Shown here: in pieces, positions 37,917-46,334 of the stretch
How the letters are laid out: every line of letters begins with the position of its first letter
How positions within the stretch are numbered: position 1 is the stretch's first letter
Assembly (NCBI GenBank): GCA_031411295.1
Contig: JANOAV010000199.1
Span: 1-46,334, forward strand
Direction: 5' to 3'
Length of the DNA stretch: 46,334 nt
From: Verrucomicrobiales bacterium
GTDB taxonomy: Bacteria > Verrucomicrobiota > Verrucomicrobiia > Verrucomicrobiales > V1-33
Program-made: the position numbers and the translations under genes
The notes under the pieces: generated by a model
What the model was told of the DNA's origin: nothing
Seen by the model: only the letters and a program-made list of their open reading frames with translations
Databases searched by the model: none

Positions 37917-39755
37917 ATGAGTTGGAGCACTGTATTCCCGATCCTCACCCCTGCCATGGTGGCGGACTATGAAGCAAACGTAACGGCCGACGAACGTGCG
38001 CAGTATGCGGAATGGTTCGGCATCAAACGCTGGATCAACCGTCGGCAAACCCCACACGTGATCAGCACATCCCTGTTCTGGCGGAACATTAACATGACCG
38101 ACCCGGAAATTCCTACACCAACGCGTCAAGCGATGATCGAAGGAACGCAGCTCCGCAAATCCATTAAGATCCAGCCGTGGGCACATTACGTGGAGCCATT
38201 ACTAGAGGGTGCACGACTGCTCAAGGAAAGTGGTTTGGACGCGCATTTCCGCATTTATCTAGCGGCGGATTTAGAATTTCTCGTGCCGGACTTCGTGGAA
38301 GCAGGATGCGAAATCGCGCTGATGCGTAGTTCGTCCATCCGCCACAACCCTGGTGCCATGTGGCGTTACTTGGCGCTTGAAGATGCGGGGAAACATCTGG
38401 TCAGCTTTACAGATGCGGACAGGGCTAGGGAGTTTAAAGGAGAAATGGATCGCACGATAGAAACCTCCCGCGTGGGCCTAAGCTTCTGGCGGGTGCCGAC
38501 GTGGGGTGAAATCAATGAGGCCAATAAAGTGGCCTATCGCCCGATCCTGGGCTGTCAGCTAGGAGCGACTCGAAAACTAGCGGTGAGGCATCTCATGGAA
38601 GCGCTAGTGTGGCATTGCCAGCACGGCACAATCCGCACCACTGCGGACCTGCCAGGATGTTCCTCACAGGAAATTCATGGCTCCGTGTGGCCAAATTATG
38701 GCTTCGACGAATGGTTCCTGCTCTCTGCTGTTTATCCTCGTGTGGTAAGCAAGGGCGTGCTCAGTTTCCTGCCATCTCAAGCGAACTCCCGCTTGCTGCC
38801 GTTGGACGTGGAGTATGTCATGTGGATGAACCCCAAGAGTGAGATTGTGCACTTCGGTTCGATGTCCGGCGGTGGATGCTGCGGACCTGCTCACCACGCG
38901 GCTACACTGGGACCTATCAAATCGAATCGACAAGTGCTGATGACTGGCATCTGGAGGGTGGAAACGCCGGGGGATGTGTGTTTAATCAATGAACTTATCA
39001 GTTATGTTGATTCACTGGATTGGCCTGTTGATGTGCGTCCGATCCTGCATGTGAAGGATGAAAATTTACTGGTAAAAATCCCCAAGCGCATCCGAGAGCA
39101 GGCGGTGCTCTGGCAGGAACTCAAGTATAGCACTTACGTGCAAGATTCTCTCATCGAAGCCGTGATCCAAGGCCATGAGGCAGATTGGGTGTGGGTCGCG
39201 GACAGCGATGAACGGGTGGACTGGTCTTGCTGCGGGGGCCTGAAGAAAGCAATCCTGCAAGCCGACAAACAAGCGGCGGACTACATCGAAGGGGAATGGA
39301 TTGACCGGGTGGCACTGGATGGGCAGTTTCCAAAGTTAACGGCTAAAACTGATCTAGCCGCTGAGTTTCCCGTCCCGATTCTGGCGACGAAATATTTCGA
39401 GAATTCAGCATACCAAAAAATCGCACTCCGTCGGCGGACGTGTTCTTCCGGGTCCGGAAATCACCTACCCCGGGACCCAACCAAGGTAGCGACCACGTGG
39501 ACTGTGCCCATCTGGCATTTCAAATGGCATTCGGAATGCGCGGCCAACAACCATGGCAAACATCTGGCGAATGCCAATGATTGGTGGTCGATAAAATTCC
39601 GGCACGCCGCACAAAAGATTGAATCCAATGAAGCCTTCCGCTGGGAAGATCAAATGCCAGCCGAGGGTTGGCTGGACGCTAATCCGGGGTGGAAGAAGGG
39701 TCGCTATGGCTTGAAGGGCAAACTGGTCTGCGGGCCGCATGAGCTGGGAGAGTGA
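37917..39755 (+). CDS. Two-domain putative glycosyltransferase-like protein
   Basis: N-terminal domain GAMWRYLALED..FTDAD and YGFDEWFL; C-terminal GT-A-like WVWVADSDE, IDRVA, HFKW. Confidence 0.6.
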   Translation: MSWSTVFPILTPAMVADYEANVTADERAQYAEWFGIKRWINRRQTPHVISTSLFWRNINMTDPEIPTPTRQAMIEGTQLRKSIKIQPWAHYVEPLLEGARLLKESGLDAHFRIYLAADLEFLVPDFVEAGCEIALMRSSSIRHNPGAMWRYLALEDAGKHLVSFTDADRAREFKGEMDRTIETSRVGLSFWRVPTWGEINEANKVAYRPILGCQLGATRKLAVRHLMEALVWHCQHGTIRTTADLPGCSSQEIHGSVWPNYGFDEWFLLSAVYPRVVSKGVLSFLPSQANSRLLPLDVEYVMWMNPKSEIVHFGSMSGGGCCGPAHHAATLGPIKSNRQVLMTGIWRVETPGDVCLINELISYVDSLDWPVDVRPILHVKDENLLVKIPKRIREQAVLWQELKYSTYVQDSLIEAVIQGHEADWVWVADSDERVDWSCCGGLKKAILQADKQAADYIEGEWIDRVALDGQFPKLTAKTDLAAEFPVPILATKYFENSAYQKIALRRRTCSSGSGNHLPRDPTKVATTWTVPIWHFKWHSECAANNHGKHLANANDWWSIKFRHAAQKIESNEAFRWEDQMPAEGWLDANPGWKKGRYGLKGKLVCGPHELGE

Positions 39756-39908
39756 ATTCGGAAAGGAATGTTCACAGGATCCAACACGAGTTTTTATTCA
39801 GCATGGCACCAGCGCTAAGCGAGAGGGAATTGCTTTATCGAGGATAACTCAAGACAAATCTTATAAAGTGATGAATAATGTTGCAGCCACCTTGGTCAAA
39901 TCGAACGC

Positions 39909-42500
39909 ATGAAATCAATTTCCATCACCACCCTGCGCTGCAGTCTAGCCCTTTCCGCCAGCGGATTCACTTTTGTTAGTTGTGAGCGACCTCCAAACAA
40001 CGCCACTGCCAATGCTGCCCAGCAGGCAGAGATAGCCGCCGTGCGCGCCCAAGCCGCCGCCGATAAACAGGCCGCTCAGGACTTGAGGGATGAAGCTGCC
40101 AACCTGCGGGAAGAAGCTGAGCTGCGCCAGCAAATCGCCAAACTCGCTGAGGCTGCTACAACCCCGGAAGCGCCAGCCGAGCCCACACCGCCTCCAACGC
40201 CGAAGCCGCCCTCAGATGCTTCCGCCGTGAACCCGCCCGCAACTCCGACTCCAGCCGTCGCAGCCGCCGCAGACCTCACCACCCCATCCTTTGTCCCTCA
40301 GCCCGTGGTGCGGGACGATGAAGCCTATCAACCTTTCTACGATGACCTGTCCGGCTCCGGCTCGTGGATGGATTCTCCTGATTACGGCTACGTTTGGCAG
40401 CCCACCATCTCCACCAGTAACGACTGGGCTCCTTACACGGACGGTGGCTGGTCTTATACTGATTACGGATGGGCTTGGGAGACACCCGAGCCCTTCGGTC
40501 ACATTTGTTACCACTATGGCCGCTGGACCAGACTCCGCACCGTAGGTTGGGTCTGGGTCCCCGGGCGCGAGTGGGCACCTGCTTGGGTCAGTTGGCGTTC
40601 CAATAATGACTGCATCGGCTGGGCCCCACTGCCACCCTCTGCCCGCTGGCACGGTAATGTCGGCATCAGCACTTGGGTGGACGGCGTTTGCCATCTGACG
40701 CCCGCTACATATGTCTTTGTGCAAATTCAGAATTTCTGCCGTCCTTCCTGCCGGGAAGTGCTCTATCCTCGGCATCAAAACGAGCGCTTGTTTCTGCAAT
40801 GCCGCAACGTCACCAACCTCTCTGAAGTCCGCTCGCAAGGCCGCAGCGTCATCGTGAAAAACGAAGGTCCTCCAGTCGATCTCCTGCGCCCCCGCCTCGG
40901 AGCAGAATTCCGGGAACGTAAAATTTCCTTTCTTGATCGAGACCACCGTGGCGAGAAACCCCGCGTGCAGGATCCAGGCAGTCTGGTCATGAGCCAATGG
41001 AGCTTCCGCAAAGAACAGGGAGCCACCGTGAAGCCACCAATCATCAAGCAAAAACTCACCGCTGGCTTGGACGTGCGTGAGGAAATGACCCCGGCCCAAA
41101 AAGCCGCCTTCCGCAAAGTCGTCGCCACCGAAGCCTCCCAATCGTTGCGGGAAATGCCACCGATGAAACCACGCCCAACCGTGCCAGATCGTGGTCCCGA
41201 TCCTGATAAAAAAATCGTGCGTCCCGGCGGAGCGGGCACGGCTAATATTCGCGACACGCCCCCAGAAAACGATCCCACGCGCCTCAGAGAACCGGCCGAC
41301 CCGATTAATCATATCGTGCCTCTCACGGGAGGTTCGCCACAGCAACCCATCGCTGGACAACCCGGCGGAACCTCACAAACTAAGCCAGGAAAGCTAACCG
41401 AGCCCACGGATCTGAAACCACGTCCGATACCAGTTCCCGGAGGTCCGCCACAGCAACCGATTGCTGGCCAACCTGCAGGAACTCCAACCACCAAACCAGA
41501 ACATCCTGTGGAGCCCACGGATCTGAAACCACGTCCAATACCAGTTCCCGGAGGTCCGCCACAGCAACCGATTGCTGGCCAACCTGCGGGAACTCCGACC
41601 ACCAAACCAGAAAATCCTGTGGAGCCCACTGATCTGAAACCTCGTCCCATGCCGGTTCCTCCCTCGGCATCGCAGCCGCCTGTTGTGCAACAACCGCCCG
41701 CCAATCCCTCAGGTGGACATCAGCCACCGAGTGCGCAGCCGGATCGCAAGCCCATTGCCGGTCCCAGTAGCGACGGCCCCTCCCGCGTGCAGCAGGAAGA
41801 GGCCGAGCGCCAACGTCGTCTGCTCAGCGATCATCAAAAGCAGGCGGACGCACTTCGTCAACAACAAGAGGCTGCCAACCAACGCAAGCAAGCCGAAACC
41901 ACTGCCGCCCAAACTGAAGCCATGCAGCAACAACGCCTGGCCCAGAGCAAGGCCCAGGAGCAGCAGAATCGGCTAGCTGAACTCCAAGCCCAGCAAGCCA
42001 AAGCCCTCCGCGCCCAAGCCGAGCAGCAAGCCCAAGCCAATCGCAAGTCTCAGGAAGAGAGCGAACGGCAACGCCGCGAGACCACCCGCAGCCGGGGAGA
42101 TCAGGATGATCGGCAGGCAGAGGCCATGAAACAGCAGCAAGCCGAAGCCAAAATCCAAGCTGCCCGTCAGCGGGAGGCGGAACAACGGCAGACCGAACTA
42201 TCCCAACGTCAAGCCCAGCAGGAAGCCGCGAATCGTCAACGGGCCGAAGTCGCGCAACGCCAGGCGCAGCAGGAACAGCTCGCCCAACGCCAAGCCAAGC
42301 AGGAGGCCGAGCGTCGCCAACAGGAAGAAGGCTCCAAGCGGCAGGCCCAAGTCGAATCGATGCGCCGTCAGCAGGAGGAAAATGGGCAACGCCAAGCCCA
42401 GCAAGAGGCTCGTCAGCGGCAACAGGAAGAAAGTAACCGCCGCCAGCAAGAGGAATCCCAAAAGAAACAATCCGAGCCCGGCCGACGCTCAACTCGCTAA
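39909..42500 (+). CDS. Lipoprotein with DUF6600-like aromatic repeat region, Pro-rich repeats and a Gln-rich coiled coil
   Basis: Lipobox-like FVSC; FYDDL..GSW....YGYVWQP, HYGRW, WVWVPG.EWAPAWVSWR, GWAPLPP. Confidence 0.85.
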   Translation: MKSISITTLRCSLALSASGFTFVSCERPPNNATANAAQQAEIAAVRAQAAADKQAAQDLRDEAANLREEAELRQQIAKLAEAATTPEAPAEPTPPPTPKPPSDASAVNPPATPTPAVAAAADLTTPSFVPQPVVRDDEAYQPFYDDLSGSGSWMDSPDYGYVWQPTISTSNDWAPYTDGGWSYTDYGWAWETPEPFGHICYHYGRWTRLRTVGWVWVPGREWAPAWVSWRSNNDCIGWAPLPPSARWHGNVGISTWVDGVCHLTPATYVFVQIQNFCRPSCREVLYPRHQNERLFLQCRNVTNLSEVRSQGRSVIVKNEGPPVDLLRPRLGAEFRERKISFLDRDHRGEKPRVQDPGSLVMSQWSFRKEQGATVKPPIIKQKLTAGLDVREEMTPAQKAAFRKVVATEASQSLREMPPMKPRPTVPDRGPDPDKKIVRPGGAGTANIRDTPPENDPTRLREPADPINHIVPLTGGSPQQPIAGQPGGTSQTKPGKLTEPTDLKPRPIPVPGGPPQQPIAGQPAGTPTTKPEHPVEPTDLKPRPIPVPGGPPQQPIAGQPAGTPTTKPENPVEPTDLKPRPMPVPPSASQPPVVQQPPANPSGGHQPPSAQPDRKPIAGPSSDGPSRVQQEEAERQRRLLSDHQKQADALRQQQEAANQRKQAETTAAQTEAMQQQRLAQSKAQEQQNRLAELQAQQAKALRAQAEQQAQANRKSQEESERQRRETTRSRGDQDDRQAEAMKQQQAEAKIQAARQREAEQRQTELSQRQAQQEAANRQRAEVAQRQAQQEQLAQRQAKQEAERRQQEEGSKRQAQVESMRRQQEENGQRQAQQEARQRQQEESNRRQQEESQKKQSEPGRRSTR
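41328..41660 (+). repeat. 3 x 111-bp (37-aa) coding tandem repeat
   Basis: Units start at 41328, 41439 and 41550 and encode GGPPQQPIAGQPAGTPTTKPE.PVEPTDLKPRPIPVP. Confidence 0.9.
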
Positions 42501-42503
42501 CAA

Positions 42504-42712
42504 CGAGTGTGGCAGCAGTCCGCTGGACTGCTGCCCACCAGGAAGGTGCAGGCTCAGACATTCCGGCCTGCGAGGAAAATAAGTGATCTGAGGGGGGGGG
42601 GTATTGGGAGCATGCGTTGGAGTTCCGCGCTTTAGGCGGAGGAACAGGCAGAGCCGTTTTGCAGAGTGAGCTTGGAGTGAGGCACCGCTTAAAAGCGGAA
42701 CTCCAGCGGATG
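42504..42712. repeat. Intergenic REP-like cluster with G10 tract
   Basis: CGAGTGTGGCAGCAGTCCGCTGGACTGCTGCC (matches 5451); TGGAGTTCCGCGCTTTAGGCGG / CCGCTTAAAAGCGGAACTCCAGCGGAT (shares ACTCCAGCGGAT with 28088); G10 at 42592-42601. Confidence 0.7.
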
Positions 42713-42786
42713 TTGTTGAATCTTCGCACGGAACCGTCAGCCTCACCCGGTGGCTCATGGGTTTTCCCCTGCCCCTTCCCTTCTGG

Positions 42787-44775
42787 CTAAACCTCGGTCT
42801 CACCCTCCAAGCGGGGCACGTAGCGGCGGGGGACGAATGCGTTCTTGCGGGCGCGCATTCTCAAGTAGATCAGGATCAGGATGCCCCCGGCCAAGGCGAC
42901 ATAAGCCCAGAACGCCCAATCGAAGGGCTCATCTTCGTTCGGGATGCCGTAGGTTTGCGGAACGCTGGGTTGCCCGTAGCGGCCGAGGCTGGACTTGGCA
43001 GCTACGCGAAGTTGGTTGCTCCAGCCCGGGCCAATGCCGCGAAGCACCACGGTGGCTTCCTCGCCTGATCTGGTTACAACGGTCTTAGGGTAGATGGTCC
43101 AGATAACGCGGGGGTAACCGTTGATAGCTTTGATCGTCTTGTAGAGCACCACATAGTCGTAATCTGGTCCCGTGGCAGGCTTTGGCAGGGGTTTCCAAGC
43201 CAAGGTGAGGGTATCCTTGGTAGCAGCTTTGAGATAAACTCCAGGATCCTTTAGTTCCGGGTTGGGAGCCAGCATCGGGATGCCCCGATCAATCACAAAC
43301 CCCTTGGGCAGTAACCCGGCACGATTGATATTCATTTCCCGATCCACGGATTTGGTGTCGGTGGCGTTCATGGGGTCCAGATCCGCGGTGGGATCGCCTG
43401 AGAGATTGGACGGAGCTGCCATCACGCGGGTCGTGGCGTTAGCGTCTGGGATGATGTTGGCCCACAACGAGAGGGTGATGGTGCTTTTGTCCCATTTGAA
43501 CTGGGCGCTGTTTTTCAGGGTGCCGACCGCAGTTGGTTTGAAGCGGACGAGAATCGGCACTTCCATGCCGGGTTGGAGCGTGATGCCATCCGTGTAGCCA
43601 TCGAGCAGAAAAGATTCCGGCAGCGCTCCGAAGACCGTGGCAGGAGTGCCGCCCACATTCGCCAAGGTCAAGGATTTGGTGGTGGTGGGGAGTTTCAGGG
43701 CGTCCACGTTCCCGAAATCAATGAAATTTTCCGGCCCCGCCCCTGCCAGGCCCACCTGGGCGGGGGCCCGCTCGGCATGCACGGTTAGGTTCTGGGTAAG
43801 TCCTTGGACGGTGACTTCGAGGAGGCTTTGCAGCGGTTGGGCTGGCAGGCCTCCGAGGACGAATTCCATGACTCCGGTGGCCTGCGGTGCCAGCGTGATT
43901 TCCTTCGGGAAATTCAGGTCCGGGATGGTGCCGGTCAACTTGACTGTTAGGGGGATACCCAACGTATTGCGCAACGGCACGGTGGCGATGCGACGGGCGG
44001 TGGCAGGATCCCATTTCAGTTCCACTTGCGAAGGGATTTCCACTGGCAACAGGCCGATCCCAGAAAGGGTAATGCGGGTCTTGTCATTCAAAGCCATGAC
44101 GTGTTCGCGCAGTCCCAGAGTGGTCGGGGTGAAAATGAGCTTAACCTCGGCGGATTTGCCGGCTGGCACGTCCCATTTTTCGCCTGGAGCCAGGGACCAA
44201 CCTGGTGGCAGGGTGACGGCTTGAGTAAACGCTCCATTGCCAGTATTCTTGATGGGAAGAACGACGGTGGTGCTCTGCCCGCAGCGGATCTGGCCGCCTT
44301 CCAACTTCTCCGGCACTGTCAGTTCCGGCTTTATTTCCTGCAGGGTAATGATGATTGATTCGGCAGGAGAAACGCTGCCACCGACGACCCGAGCGGCAAA
44401 TTTTATCTCGTCCCGCACTGCTTTGCTGGCAGGATCGGATTGGTAGCGCAAGGTGGCCGTGGTCTTCGATTTACGAACTGGTTCCGGTTCCAGCAACTTG
44501 CCGGCCATGGGGGCCGTGCGGAGGATAAACTGCACGTCTTTATTGGAGGCGGTCAGCGCACTGAGCGTTATTTCCACGGTCTCGCCACGGTTGACGGCAA
44601 CCTTGACGGGCTGCGGCACTGGGGCGCGTTCCAAGACGGGAGCGTCTTTATCTTCCTTATTATCCTTACTGGGCTTCTCGACGGGAGGTTTTAAATCAGC
44701 TTGCGCAGCCAGAGTCAATCCACCGAGAAAAAGGAGGGAGACCAAACGAAGATTTTGCACGTATGTATAAAGCAT
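42787..44775 (-). CDS. Exported multi-Ig-like (ASH/FN3-like) domain protein with C-terminal membrane anchor
   Basis: Signal peptide; repeated IKNTG / LANVG / IDFG.V / F.P...G Ig patterns; FN3-like LAW...Y; C-terminal TM helix plus basic tail. Confidence 0.75.
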   Translation of the reverse strand: MLYTYVQNLRLVSLLFLGGLTLAAQADLKPPVEKPSKDNKEDKDAPVLERAPVPQPVKVAVNRGETVEITLSALTASNKDVQFILRTAPMAGKLLEPEPVRKSKTTATLRYQSDPASKAVRDEIKFAARVVGGSVSPAESIIITLQEIKPELTVPEKLEGGQIRCGQSTTVVLPIKNTGNGAFTQAVTLPPGWSLAPGEKWDVPAGKSAEVKLIFTPTTLGLREHVMALNDKTRITLSGIGLLPVEIPSQVELKWDPATARRIATVPLRNTLGIPLTVKLTGTIPDLNFPKEITLAPQATGVMEFVLGGLPAQPLQSLLEVTVQGLTQNLTVHAERAPAQVGLAGAGPENFIDFGNVDALKLPTTTKSLTLANVGGTPATVFGALPESFLLDGYTDGITLQPGMEVPILVRFKPTAVGTLKNSAQFKWDKSTITLSLWANIIPDANATTRVMAAPSNLSGDPTADLDPMNATDTKSVDREMNINRAGLLPKGFVIDRGIPMLAPNPELKDPGVYLKAATKDTLTLAWKPLPKPATGPDYDYVVLYKTIKAINGYPRVIWTIYPKTVVTRSGEEATVVLRGIGPGWSNQLRVAAKSSLGRYGQPSVPQTYGIPNEDEPFDWAFWAYVALAGGILILIYLRMRARKNAFVPRRYVPRLEGETEV

Positions 44776-44858
44776 GGCAGGAAATTGAGTTGCAGAAAGC
44801 ACGATCCCGCCACGTTGCTCCAAGATTTCCCACCAACAACCAAAAATCCACTCTATTC

Positions 44859-46292
44859 ATGCACCCCAAACCGCACACGGCCCTCGTCATCGTAGGTCAT
44901 GGCTCCACTCTCAACCCAGATTCCAGCGGGCCAACCTATGATCACGCGGAAACGATTCGCGCCATGGGGGTCTTCGATGAAGTTGTCTGTGCCTTCTGGA
45001 AGGAAGAACCATCCATGCGGGAAGTCCTCCGCATGGTGGACAGTCCGACGGTGTATGTGGTGCCCAATTTCATTAGCGAAGGGTATTTCACCCAGGATGT
45101 CATCCCGCGGGAACTGCGCCTGAGTGGCCCGGAAACCCGCTTGGCCGGGCAAACCGTGCGCTATTGCGAGCCCGTGGGGCTGCATGCTTCGATGACCAAG
45201 TTGCTCCTGAAACGTGTGAGCGAAGTAGCTCCGGGCGTGCCTCTGGACCAGTGCAGCCTCATCATTGTGGGGCATGGCACGGGACTCAATGACAACTCAA
45301 CCAAAGCGATCAAGGATCAGGTGGCCGCCATCCAAGCGCTGGCACTGGGCTTTGCGGAGGTGTTGGACGCCTATATGGAAGAGCCCCCACTGGTGGCGGA
45401 TTGGGCCAGCCTAACCACTGCTCGCAATGTCATTGTGGTGCCCTTCTTCATCGCAGATGGTCTCCACAGTTGGCAGGACATTCCGGTCCTGCTGGGCATG
45501 GAAACAGAACCCACGGCCGCAGCCAGTCAGACGGAAATCTTCCGGCAGAACCCACGCCAACTCCAGGGGCGGGATCTTTACTACGCCAGCGCCATTGGCA
45601 CCGAACCGTTGCTGGCGGAGGTCATGCTGGATCAAGTGGACGCCTTCGATGCCAAACACGGAAGCTCCAGTGTAGCGGGAGACCTCCGTCAATGGCTGAA
45701 GTTGGGTGGTGGCGTGGTGGGTGAAATTTTGGTGACAGCGGTGGCGCAGGGTTACACGATGCGGCATCGGGCGGATGCAGCGGCGGAAAACATGACAGCG
45801 TTTTACAACCCGCAAGACGCCCGGGAAATTGCCAAGTATGATGCCACAGGCGCGTTTCGTCCGCTCAAATCCGCCCCGACGCTCAAGCAAGGATGGCAGC
45901 TCCAGTTGGCGGATACCGCAGCCGTGCATCAGGCGTTGGATTATTTCTACCCTGCTGCAGTGGCTAACTGGACGCGCTGGCAACGCGGCTTTGGGGCGCA
46001 TCAGGTGGTTTCCTTACGGGATACGCTCAACCGCCAAACGGGAATGTATCGCGTCACTGGTCTCATCACCGATGAGGAAGCGCAGAGCTTAGTTGCCCAG
46101 ACCTGTCAGGGTGGATGTTCCCGCAAAATCCTGTGGCCGCTGGGTAAAGGGCTACCACTAACGGAAGTTGCACCGGAGAAAACCTCCGCTGGCACTACAG
46201 TGGGAGAAATCCCCCTGCTGTGCTGCGAAGCCTGTAATATCCTCGTAGCCGAAGCCCGCACCGTGGTGAAGGCCCGGATGGGCAAAAAGTGA
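44859..46292 (+). CDS. CbiX/SirB chelatase-like domains fused to a DR2241-type C-terminal Fe-S domain
   Basis: Two VGHG motifs, FWKEEP, PNFISEGYF, PFFIADGLHS, FRPLKSAPTL, RQTGMY, C...C.R...W, CCEAC. Start trimmed to MHPKP. Confidence 0.88.
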   Translation: MHPKPHTALVIVGHGSTLNPDSSGPTYDHAETIRAMGVFDEVVCAFWKEEPSMREVLRMVDSPTVYVVPNFISEGYFTQDVIPRELRLSGPETRLAGQTVRYCEPVGLHASMTKLLLKRVSEVAPGVPLDQCSLIIVGHGTGLNDNSTKAIKDQVAAIQALALGFAEVLDAYMEEPPLVADWASLTTARNVIVVPFFIADGLHSWQDIPVLLGMETEPTAAASQTEIFRQNPRQLQGRDLYYASAIGTEPLLAEVMLDQVDAFDAKHGSSSVAGDLRQWLKLGGGVVGEILVTAVAQGYTMRHRADAAAENMTAFYNPQDAREIAKYDATGAFRPLKSAPTLKQGWQLQLADTAAVHQALDYFYPAAVANWTRWQRGFGAHQVVSLRDTLNRQTGMYRVTGLITDEEAQSLVAQTCQGGCSRKILWPLGKGLPLTEVAPEKTSAGTTVGEIPLLCCEACNILVAEARTVVKARMGKK

Positions 46293-46296
46293 GGAG

Positions 46297-46314
46297 GGTG
46301 GACGTTCCGTCCAC
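46297..46314. repeat. Short palindrome after the CbiX gene (REP-like or terminator)
   Basis: GGTGGACG-TTC-CGTCCACC hairpin. Confidence 0.45.
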
Positions 46315-46334
46315 CAGTCAAGGCGCAGGGCTAA

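Noticed and set aside
42592..42601. G10 tract as a phase-variation switch
   Set aside because: It lies between convergent 3' ends, so it is unlikely to affect a promoter or reading frame.
40212..42729. 382-aa and 301-aa minus-strand ORFs
   Set aside because: Antisense shadows of the DUF6600-like lipoprotein.
1..46334. tRNA, rRNA, riboswitch or IS transposase
   Set aside because: None recognised by eye. A tRNAscan/Infernal/ISEScan run would be needed to exclude them.

Overview
High-GC bacterial chromosome segment, most likely Verrucomicrobiota (PEP-CTERM protein, DUF6600-type lipoprotein, half-size TauE, REP-like palindromes; the taxonomy is my inference). It mixes housekeeping genes (gpmI, tdh, cyclophilin, dhaK/dhaL, AddB-like nuclease, CbiX-DR2241) with many secreted or surface proteins: a C45 peptidase, a PEP-CTERM trypsin-like protease, two Zn metalloproteases and a fibre-like protein. 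It also holds a halogenase plus chorismatase pair and glycan-modifying genes. The most striking structure is a set of integron-type gene cassettes with no integrase in the window. One attC is canonical (16858-16975), and four small genes are bounded by self-complementary GTTNNNN...NNNNAAC ends. Three cassettes end in the same 90-135 bp right module (1-136, 17292-17382, 18792-18925). Two start with the same left module, a 29-codon leader ORF whose stop codon overlaps the GTT crossover (613-702 minus; 18347-18436 plus). This suggests a dispersed single-cassette capture/expression unit. Other oddities are a REP-like palindrome inserted in frame inside a G3E GTPase, a 1-bp frameshift in a secreted repeat protein, and an AT-rich islet encoding a Tat-exported Cys-rich peptide. 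All family assignments come from motifs recognised by eye; no searches were run.
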